The position numbers and the translations under genes were made by a program. Shown piece by piece: positions 34,995 through 46,200 of a stretch of DNA of 60,000 nucleotides (position 1 is its first letter; every line of letters begins with the position of its first letter). Under the pieces are notes generated by a model. It had not been told where the DNA came from. It did no database searches and saw only the letters and a program-made list of their open reading frames with translations. Source of the stretch: Botryllus schlosseri. Taxonomy: Eukaryota. Location of the stretch: positions 13,518,001-13,578,000 of the forward strand of contig CM119372.1 of the NCBI GenBank assembly GCA_051294905.1, in the 5' to 3' direction.

Positions 34995-36125
34995 CTATAG
35001 ATGTTGGCATATCATTATGGCAGAATTGATGATATGTCTGAACTCAATCGAACTGACGCAATGGGAACTTGGTCATCGGTCATGGTCACTTGTTCTGTTA
35101 TCAAGAGCGATAAAACACGAGCCCTATTGCAGTGTTGTGATGAGATATTTCAACCTGAAATTCAATAACGAATTTCGTCACAGCATTTCTCCATGAATTA
35201 GAGCTGTGCTAATGTTATAAGTATGTGAATGGAGGCTTTATAAGATTTATTGGTCAACTTTACACCGAATTGCATATTATATTGTTTATAAATATTTCTT
35301 TTTTTCTCGATTACCATTATAGTCACAGGCGTAGCCAAGGTGGCTGAAAGGAGTCATTGCCCCTTCCACATTTCGACTTGTTATTCGTAACATCATATCT
35401 ATTCACTACAATTACCAATGTCATGTGCCACTTTCTCCAAAATGTCTATCAACACTCTCACATTATTGTTATTGAAGTAGTAGTAATAATAATAAAATTA
35501 CAATTGTGAATCGCAGCATAATTTCTGTAATTTCGATTCTTCATTTTCAATCATCTCTACCTCTGCTCTGTAACCCTTGCCAATTCTTCATCTGCTGCAA
35601 TTCTGTAATCTGACTTCTCCATGTATTGCATGGGAATAACAATTTGACTGTAATACTGAAATTTCAAAAATTTACTCCAATCTCGCAATTTTCCTTTGGG
35701 GGCAGGTTGCACCCCGGATTATGTGTGTATTTACCAGTTTTACTGTGAATAAAGAATATGATTATTGATTTAGTTTACAATTATATTGCTTAATTTTTTC
35801 ACTGTCTGTATTATCTCCAATACATTACGACACGCTTTTTATGAGGATGTTGAAATATCGTAATCAATAGGTGGAGATAGTTTATTCGTAATCGCCATGC
35901 TGCACGAACAATATTTGATTGCTTGCTCCCGAGTTTATTTGATTTGCAATAATAAAATGATAAAATTTATTCAAGTATAATTATTGAATGAAGTTCAGAA
36001 GTGACATTGTGTAATTTGTTTTTTTACTACACCGCGTACCACCTATATATAGATCCCAAATGACTTATTTTAGTCAAATATACCAGTATGATTATTAATT
36101 GGCGTTGTTAATACGCCATAAGACC

Positions 36126-36535
36126 CAGGGCAGAAACAGCACTTCGTCACCCTCGCAAAACGTTGATCTTGACCCCCTTAGGGTGATAAACCTAAACTAT
36201 GGGGAGCATCGCCCGCCAGGACCTCTACTTGTAAACAAGATTTATTGAGCTCGTTAGTGGGTGAGTCTCTATCGCCGATTTTCTATAATTTATGATTGAA
36301 TCGGTCAATAATATCTGGTCTATAATTTTGTATTCTCTCTCTGCCCACGTAATCAGATTTACCAGTAGCGCTAAGTGAGGTGTTGCCTTGGAAGATGTAC
36401 GGCCCGAAAATAATAATTAAACATATTTGCGTAGCCTGTTGGTATAATTACTTCGTTACATGATGTTATTTCGTGACCTCCTGTACGCTATGTCAAAAGA
36501 TATTGAAATCGCCCAAACCTACTAAACTAAAAGAT
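36126..36535 (+). mobile_element. 5' part of a CAGGACC-family element
   Basis: Colinear with 28986-29420 and truncated. Confidence 0.65.
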
Positions 36536-36726
36536 TGCCAGGACTCGAACACTTGGCACCAACTTATCGAGCTTGCTGTACTGATGCATTAATATATGCT
36601 AACCAGATAGTCGGAAAAATAGTATCTTCCTTGCTACACTGATGCGTTAGTATGTTAGCCTTCGTAGGCAGGCTAGCCAATATAATCGGATTCTTGGTTC
36701 TCTTAAATGTGAATCCGCGGTATGGC

Positions 36727-37990
36727 CAGAGGTGGTAAAAGTAGTCAAGAAATCTACTCAAGTAGAAGTAGCTACGAAAATATCTACTCAAGTACGAGTA
36801 GAAGTACTTCTTCCATGAGCACCGTAAACCTACTTGAAGTAGAAGTAGAATTGACTGACTTTAAAAGTACTCAAGTAAGTAAGTAGTTATGAAAACGATC
36901 CTAATTCGTTCACATGGATTGTAAAAAGGTGCAAATTGAGCTATGCGATAGGTGACGAGCTTGATTCATATTGATGCATACTAGCAGGTATCCAATTTTC
37001 GATAGCATAAGTAGGCTATTCGTCCGCATCATGGGATGAAAATGATGCTAATCCTCTGTTTTCTCGAACAGCACGTTCAGAAAATAGCATGGTATGGCGC
37101 CATTCCCCATATTATAAGGCCCGTAGTTTAGTCGAAGAGCAACACGGAGATGTTGTATAGGATACGGTGCAAACACTTTGCGCGATTAGTAAACGTTAAT
37201 AAAAAATATGGTGGACCGTAAAAATGCCATATTGTGCAGATTTATTTCCAGAAATTAAAGGCATTACTACACTTGCTTTTATACTTCAACGTGTTATCCA
37301 GACAAAAGAACTGATAATAATTATAACTCAAAGTATATGATACTGGGAATTGAAAGTGAAGTATAAATACTACTTCTAAAAGCAGAACATGTATTTCATG
37401 TTTTTCGTCCAGAAAGGTTCAAAGGTGGTATGCTAAAACAGCTCTAAAACTAAAAAAAAGTCAGAGTCCACTTTTCCAGATTTGGACACGCCATGGACAT
37501 GCTAGATTACGATATGACACGTAAATGCTAGATTGCGAAACAGCAGTTTCAAACGTTATGACGAGCCATATATACTGAGACGAATTATTTGACATGGACG
37601 GAGGGCGACAATGTGGTATGAACGGAACCACGCCAACCCTCCACCTAAATTATATTCACCGATAATTTCGTGAAATCATACTGGTCACTCCGTATCCAGC
37701 ACTGCGCGCGAAGCGCGACGAAAATTCTGGGATTTACTGAACTTTTATGAAAATTTAATGATGATATTCCGTGAAAACAGCCCCGAAATTCCTCAGGCTA
37801 TCTTCCTGATTGGAAGATTGAACTACTTCTACTTGACAAACTGAAAATAGCGAAAAGTAAGTAAGTAGATCACAAAATATTAGAAGTAGAAGTAGCGAAA
37901 ATCAGATCTACTTGAGTAAGTACCAGAAGTAGAGGAAAGCTACTTGAGTACTTCGAAAAAGTAGAAGTACTTCGTTACTGACCACCTCTG
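36727..37990 (+). mobile_element. CAGAGGTGG hAT element with (AAGTAG)n repeats
   Basis: TIR CAGAGGTGGT / ACCACCTCTG. Perfect TSD GGTATGGC. Confidence 0.92.
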
Positions 37991-38159
37991 GGTATGGCTC
38001 AATCATACCATCGTCAAATTGCTACATAACTATAGTAATCGTGCAATGTGCATCGTGTGTTTTTACAGGGGTTTACTGCAAGAAACAGCTAATTGTAGAC
38101 TGAATACAATTTGAAACCGCCGATCCGCTCGCGTACCACCTGAAAAGGTCTCGCGTACC

Positions 38160-40132
38160 CAGAGGTGGTCAAAGTAGTCAAGAAAGCTACTCAAGTAGAA
38201 GTAAAAGTAGTGACGAAAAAATCTACTCAAGTACGAGTAGAAGTACTTCTTCAATTAGCCACCTCAAACTACTTGAAGTAGAAGTAGATTTGACTGACTT
38301 TAAATCTACTCAAGTAAGTTAGTAGTTTCGAAAACTGTCTTAATTCGTTCGCATGGACTGTCAAAAGCTACGAATTGAGCTATACGCAAGGTGCAGAGAG
38401 ATTGATTCGTATTGATACATCCCAGGAAGTATCAATTTTCGCCAAAATAAGCATTCTTTCGCCTCATGGGATGCCAATTATAGTATAGATATGAAGATGC
38501 GATACTAACCCTTTGTTTCCTAGAATACCCCATTTTACAGAATACCTACCCCATATTATAAGGCCCCATTTTTAGGCGAAGAGCAATACGTACAAGTTGT
38601 ATCGGCTACGGTTTTATCACTTTGCGCGATTAGTATACGTTAATAACAAATATTGTGGATCGTAAAAGTTATATTTAGTGTAGCTTTATTTTCGGAAAAT
38701 AGAGGCATTACTACACTTGCTTTTATGCTTTAACATGTAAGTTCTGCAGACAAAAGAACTGAAAGTAATCAGAACTCTAAGCATGATACTCGCATCGCAA
38801 TTTAAAGTGAAATACGAATACCACTTCTTAAAAGCGGAAAATGTGTTTCATGTCTTTTGTCCATAAAGCTTCAAAGGTGATCTGCTAAAACAGGTGTAAC
38901 GTTCAAAAAAGCTGGATTTTCCAGATCGGCAACACACGAAATCGGCTGCTAGATTACGATATGACAGGTGATTGCTAGATTGCGAAACGGTAGTTTCAAA
39001 CGTTGTGGTGGGCCATATTTACTGTGATGAAATATTTGGTATGGCATCCTCTGTTGGGGGGCTGCCAGTAAAACTGCACTCAAGCCACTGCAGAAACTAC
39101 AGCATAAAGTGCTCCGAATCATAGCTAGGGCCCCAAAGGGGCCTGGCTGCCCATCCAATAAGTCGCTGCTGAAGAGATTCGGCGTCCTAAACATAGAAGA
39201 TATGCGGAAACTAGAAATCGCCAAGTTTATGTATCAGTTTCACTGCGGTCGTTGCCCCGAATATTTCAATGACTTCTTTACCTCTGAATCAAAAGCGCAC
39301 AAGTACAACACACGCGCGTCCACGTCGTCCAAATATCATATGATCGACCGAAAAGATCGTCGCTCCATCAAATATGCCGGACCTGATGTGTGGAACAGTA
39401 TCCCGCCGGCCATCCGACAGTCGACGAGCATGTCCACATTCAAGTCGAAATACAAGCAATTACTACTAAATAAATACAGTCCATCCTCAAGATTACCGGA
39501 CCACGACTGACCTATCGATCTCACTTCCCATGACATGTCGCCCTATTTCTTGTCGCATTCTTCTTCTATACTATCTTCTTTACTTTCATTCAGTGTGCAT
39601 GCCTCCTCTTTACATCGCCTAGGCCAAGGTGGGTGTCAGATTCCATAGACTACTCCTTGTCGCTTCGACATCTTCCTGTCTTTTCATTGTATCGCATTTT
39701 TGTGGTGTATTGAACTGATAAAATTGCTAATAAACCAATGATGATGATGATGACAATGCGGTGTGAGCGGAACCAAGCAATCCGGTACTTAAATTATATT
39801 CACTGATACTTTCGTGAAAATATATTTGTCACTCCATAACTACTGTGCACGAAGCGCAGCAAAATTTCTGGGCTTTACTTTACTTTTATGAATATTAAAT
39901 GTTGGTACTCCGTGAAAACAGCCCCGAAATTCCTCAGGCTATCTTTCGTACTGGAGGATTAGACTACTTCTACTTGACAAACTAAAAATAGCGAAAAGTA
40001 AGTAAGTAGATCACAAAATATTACGAAGTAGAAGTAGAGAAAATCAGATGTACTTGAGTAAGTAGCAGAAGTAGAGGAAAACTACTTGAGTACTTCCAAA
40101 AAGTAGAAGTACTTCGTTACTGACCACCTCTG
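38160..40132 (+). mobile_element. CAGAGGTGG hAT element, copy 2, carrying a LINE fragment
   Basis: Same TIRs, perfect TSD CGCGTACC. Inserted in the end of a Charlie-like MITE (...GTTTGAGAACCACTG ending 40158). Confidence 0.92.
39039..39753 (+). mobile_element. 5'-truncated LINE (CR1/L2-like) 3' end
   Basis: YGILCWGAASKTALKPLQKLQHKVLRII...stop at 39510, 3'UTR, AATAAA and an (ATG)n tail. Confidence 0.9.
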
Positions 40133-40376
40133 CGCGTACCACAGTTTGAGAACCACTGATGTAGTGTCAAGTATCAACTAGACGAGGTTTTAAGTCTTAA
40201 TTCCTGTTTACACTATTTATCCAGGGATAGAGTATTTAATTGTAAAATGAACCATATATATATAATATATGTATTCTATGGGTTGAAGCCTGTTATCGGT
40301 CTCTATTGAACAGTGATTTTTTTGAATACAAAACCAGAAGACAATTTTCGACAAAATAGGAATCATATGTGTGTTT

Positions 40377-42922
40377 CAGACATGGGGTGATTACTTCACG
40401 AATGTAATCGATTGCGATTACGATTACTTGTGAATCCCGCGATTACGATTACGATTACGATTACAGCCAAATCAGGAAGTAGTCGATTACGATTACGATT
40501 ACTTTTCAAAAGTAATCACGATTACTCCCGATTACATTTGTTTTACTTCTTAGAACTAATTTCAGAAGAGATATTGGAAGACAATATAAATTTGGCTTGC
40601 GATGAAAAGGTCTAATGAGATAACAACTTTCGTTGTAAGTCATACGTCATTTGCTTGTTACGTCATAATGCACCCATTGCCCACCTCTATGCAGGACTAT
40701 TCGTCGCACCCAACGATTTGTATTCTTGCCAGGTCCGTAACTGCCACACCCCAGACTCCCCAATAGGACCGGGAGCGAGCTCTAAGGGGACTCTAAAGTA
40801 TTTTGTAAATCAACGTATTTTCAAGAGAGTTTCTTAACTTGTAAATTTTCTTCGAGCTTCGGGATTTAATGTCTCTAAATAGCTTGATTTTGAAATGCAT
40901 ACCTCTCCCCCTCAAGAAAAAAGCATGCATAATTTCTAGGAATAGGCATTTCGGTGGCGGTCATTACCCCGCCACGACAGACCAAAAGACGTAAGCAATT
41001 TCGGCCAACATTCAACTCCACAAAGTGTGCTACCAAAGAATGACCTTGGCCAAAAGTTGGGTATGTGTCCATTGTCAGTAGCCGCGCTCTGTGGGCGTGA
41101 CGAATAGTCCGGTCCTTCCAATCTGAGCCGCAACAATGCAAATGCCACCCGGCCGGGGCACTCACAGAGGAATGAAGATATGGGAATTTGTGTGTGCGTC
41201 TCACGAAAGTTTTTCTTTTAGTCTGCTACGTTTGGGCGACTACAGTATCTTTTGATTATATAAAAGACGGGAGGTCACGAATTAACAACATACAATAATG
41301 AAATTAAAACAACATACCAGATGCTATAATTATGAATTACTTGCCCCCAGCTCTACCGGTAAATCTGAATGAATAGCAAGATAATGCAATTACCAATATT
41401 ATTGACGAAATTCACTCATCAACTTGAAAACTGACCACCCTATGGGGCCCCAATACCCAGGGTTGTAATGACTCGAGTCATGACTCGACTCGAGTCGCGA
41501 TTTTTTGGTGACTACACTTGACTCGAGTTATTTTTTGTATTACCTCGACTTGTACTCGAGTCATTTTGCATAACCCGAACCAAGTCATATGACTCGAGAC
41601 TAGAACGGCCAATACAGACATTCCATGTAACTTCGAAGAATAGTAATGTTACCACATTATTTGTATTTCGTCTATCAGTCCTGATACTTGGAAATGGGGC
41701 CGTAAACTGTGAAACCTGATGAAAAATACGATATTATGAACACGAGCCATTCTATATCCCTCGAGCAGAGTTGAAAAAAGTGGGTTGAACCGGATTGATC
41801 AGAAAACTGATCTGTGAACATAACGACTTGGACTCGTACTCGAGTCAAAAAATATGACTCGGACTCGACCCCATACTAGCTGACTTGGACTCGCACTTGA
41901 CTCGGGGGGGGGGGGGGTTGAAAATGAATAGACTTGACTCGAGTCATAACTATAAAAGTTAGATTGACTTGCGACTCAGAACATTGTAACTTGGTTACAA
42001 ACCTTACCAATACCAACGGTTGGAGTGGGGGACGAATTGCTGCTTTGGTTCTGATTGTACCTACAACCCATGCACGCTTACGTGGTGCATAAGCGGAGGG
42101 CTATGGCGGCAGGTATAAATGTCGAGTGAAGAATTGTGAAATAACGATTGGCGCCCGTTTGAAGTAGTCATATGAGGATAAGATAAAGTGAACTTAAAAT
42201 TCTACCTTCCACTTAATACAGATACTGCAAGCTGCCGGTTATGCCGTTACGAGAAACGGCAAAGAACGGCTCGGTTATGATAGATAAACGCAGCGTAACG
42301 TTTTATTTGAGGAGTACAAAACTTCAAATCTTTGTCCGGTGTACGTACAATACATACGTATACTACATAGATAGGCCTACTGCTCGCCAAGCAGCAACGG
42401 TCAAACTGCGTTTAACTATAAGCATAACCAAACATCAATACAAAAGTTACTATTTGAAACTAGGCAGAGTGGTGATTATTATCTTGCTGCGAGGTAGTGG
42501 CGTCTGGAGTGTATTGATAACCTGATATACGGCATGGCTTACACTGTTCTAACAATCACACAACAATGTACATAGAATATATATTCACTACGTGTGGATA
42601 CTTCTTACGCAAGGACGAGCAAAGCTAATATTTCTGACGTAATAATGATCAGTGGCGTTCGAAAATCAACCGCTTGCGCTATAAATAACCTGGTATACTA
42701 TCTCTTCCTTGTTCTCGAATGTTCGGTTATGTCATGTTCATTGTACAAATAAAAAGTAATCGTTCTTTCACGAAAAAATCGATTAGATATGCGAAGTAGT
42801 CGATTACGATTACGATTACTTTGGATTTTTTTCGAATGTAATCGATTGCGATTACGATTACTTGAAAATGCTGTAATCGTCGTAATCGATTACGATTACT
42901 AATCGCGATTACCCCATGTCTG
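40377..42922 (-). mobile_element. Composite hAT element, diverged inverted copy 3 (2.55 kb)
   Basis: TIR CAGACATGGGGT, perfect TSD GTGTGTTT. Same nested cargo plus an extra ~130-bp segment near 40960-41090. Confidence 0.93.
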
Positions 42923-42978
42923 GTGTGTTTTATCAGTAAACGGAATATATCCGAACAATATTATCTAATAATGTACAA

Positions 42979-42984
42979 TTTATT
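42979..42984 (-). promoter_or_regulatory. Probable polyadenylation signal of the FERM gene
   Basis: AATAAA on the minus strand ~105 nt after the stop codon. Confidence 0.5.
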
Positions 42985-43089
42985 CTTACGCAACATTATA
43001 GCATATATGAAAATATCAGATATTATAAAATATTAATCAGGTCGCTAAATCCATATTAGCCTTGTGATATCTTTCTACGTCTTTCTACG

Positions 43090-43200
43090 TCATTCTGGCG
43101 CCTTCTGCTTGGAATGAGCATCATCGCTATCCGATAGCGTTATCTTATCCAAGCTTTCCTGGTCATATTTGTGGTGGACGTTGGATAGATCTGTGCTTCC
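43090..43200 (-). CDS. FERM gene last coding exon
   Basis: ctag acceptor, GSTDLSNVHHKY...QKAPE*, phase 0. Confidence 0.7.
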   Translation of the reverse strand, partial: GSTDLSNVHHKYDQESLDKITLSDSDDAHSKQKAPE

Positions 43201-46200
43201 CTAGATACAGGAAATATCCATTTTAGCGACATTTGGCTATGAGTTTAATCCGTCTCTTTACTAGGCCTACCATAATTTGCAACGAACAATGGTCAATGTA
43301 AAAGTTTGTCAAATCATAATTTAGAACGGAGGGCATTACACAAGATCATACATTTTGCGATTTAATCTATTCTAAATGCAAGTTCGCTGAATCAGCTCAT
43401 TAAAAACCGTGTTATCTTATTGACAGACCGAACGATTTTTTTAATGAATACGGATTCGTATAAAACAATAGGCAGGCCTATCACTGCTAATTCCTATCAG
43501 CAGCACAATGACGGGAAACAATCCAAAATCCGAAAATATATACGCGGCAGTCAATTAAAGTGATTAAATCAGATTTACCTTCCTTCCTTTTGCTTTGTTG
43601 AAAGCTTCCTGCAGTTGAGGGTAGTGCGGCGTTGATGAGATGGGAAATGCTTCAAATCCCTGGACGACTGGCGTGTCGGTGACTTCGATGGAAGGGACCG
43701 GTTTTGTAGCCTTTTTGTCCCTGCTTTTAGATCTTGCAATCTTTTTATTTCTTTGCTTTGTTACCTTCTTCTCACGCTTTCTTCTTGTTTTACTTCTCCC
43801 CCGTCGTTCATCGGATGCGCGACGAAGCGGAAACACGCTGTGCACGAAACGCGGGAAACTTGAGGCTGACGACTTGGAGTTGGACGAACTCGTGCCTTCA
43901 GACTGTGACGTACTCTCGTTGGGACTGCTGCGGCCAGATGACGCGGTCGGTTTGGCCTGATCAGATACATCCGGTTCCACGTTGAAAAGTTTTGGCGTAG
44001 CACTTTCTGGTACGGGTGTTACCGATTCCCTCTGGACTTCAAGTAAAACCTTTGTCGAATCTGGTGGAGTGGAGGTTTCATCGGCGGTGAACCGAAATTC
44101 AGGAACACATTTTCTTTCATTATTCGGCACCGAAGCATCATCTTCGTTGTATTGAGATGGCACCGTGTCATCTCCTAGTTCAGCTGTGACTACAGGCGTG
44201 GCAAGTTGGTACGGAAGAACGCTGTGAACAAAATCAGGTACTCCCGGTATGAATTCTTCGCCCACCATTCGTGGTGAGGCAGACGGAGACCGTGATCGCG
44301 TCTTGACCTGTCGCCGCATCTCGCTAAATGGATCTCTGAGCTCGTTTCTTCTTTGACGTGATTGAATCCCACTATCATCTGGGAGTACCGCGCGATCATC
44401 ACCCATCATTTCCATATCCACAAGTCTGCTTTCTTCGTCAAGAAGAGTTTTTTGTGCGATTAATGCCGCCTCGACTGCTTTGATTTCTAGCTCGTCCAAG
44501 TCTTTGGAGCTTATTAGCGACAGTGGATCGAACGGCCAGCTGGGTATGAATGGCCTTTTCGCCAAATTTTCCTTGCGTCTTGGACTGCTCGGTTCTTCGT
44601 CGATAATGTTTCGAAACGCCATCGCCTGATGCTTTCCTCTGTTAACTTCACTCAAATCAATTTCAGATCTATTTCGAAGGTTGCGTTTCTTCGGCGGGGA
44701 TCGGAAAAGCACCCGAAATAAATCATCGTCCTCGTCTAACTGAGCACCCTCAGACCACGCCTTTTCGAGAGCATTTGTCACCAAAAGTTCGTCTGTGTCG
44801 TCGCTAGCAAGTGAAGCAATTGAGGTGCAACTTGACAAATCAAACTCTGGCTTCTTCTCCCTCGGTATCACCTTGTCATCCATGTCGAGAATGATGTCAT
44901 GTACTTTTCCAGAATTTTCGTCATCCATAATTTCCTCATCCAACTCCTCGATGGATAGATCGTCATCCTCGCCTATTGTGGCAGCGGTGGTGCTCGCGCC
45001 TCCGTCGTGGATTCTGTCTTGATGCGGCTTATGTACTACATCGTATTTCGATGTATCTTCGGCTGGCGGAAAAGCCGGACTCTGCTGTAGCGTAACATCC
45101 TCCGATTGGATTTGTGCGTTCTCGTCTTCACTGTGGTCGCTGACTTTTGCGTCGTCATCATTGTCTGCATACTGCTCACCGTAAAGTATGTCCTCATCCA
45201 GCTCCTGCATAGCTAGGTCTTCCTCGTCTCCTATGGTAGCGGCGGTTGTGCTCGCTGCCCCATCGATAGCTTTCTTTAGTTTGTACACATCTCCAACTCG
45301 AAAGTCGATACCTAAATTCCTGCCCGAAGTGCGGTAGGGCGTATCTCTTTTTCCGCTTAAGATCGGGCTGCCCTGAGAGCTCTTAGGGTCGCTCGACCCG
45401 TTTCCTCCTCCCGTTGAAGTATTGTTTTCTTCCATATTCTTGCTGGATGGTGTCTCTTCAGCAGGGGCAGTCTTCCGATAAGCAGTAACATGGGCATCAT
45501 CTTCATCTGCTGATTCGTTCGTATCAGACTTGCCATTACAATTAGACTGCATTTCCACAGAACTGGCATAATCTTCGCTCTCTTCCGTTGATTCTTTCCT
45601 CGCTTTTGGCACATATTCTCTGATGGTCTTAAATTCCTCAGCGTCTTCCTCACGGTTTTCGGGTGCTGGAATAGGATCCAGTGTAAGTTCGAAAGGATCG
45701 TCAGAAGGCACAGCTTCTTCTACATCACACCTCGCGTCATTGGTTTTGCCATCAGTTGTATCGTCTTCTTCAGTGCCTGATGTCGATACCGATGGTCTTT
45801 CACGTTCGTGCAGAAATTTCTCATCGTCGCTTGCTTCATCAGTAACGAATCTCACGTCTTTCTTAGGCGCTTGGGCTTGCGTTGATTGTAGATCCTCCCA
45901 CTCCTCAGTATATTCGTGGATGTTTTCGTTAAACTCGGGAGGATCTTGGCCGACCGGATCCAACATCGTGTCTACGTCTAAATCCGTTTCAATTGGTTTC
46001 TCCGTCGACTCGGCTTTATCACTTGCTGCTTCCGTATCATCTTGCAACGGGCTATATTGGATGGGCTTTCGCGGATAGGAAACCGCGTATAATGCATCCA
46101 TTTCCTCTTCCTCTTCGATGGTTTCTGCGAATAGGGGGGCTGGGGAGTCACGACGAGTTGAATCCAAGATTGCGTCGGTTAAATCGTCATCCGTGTACTC

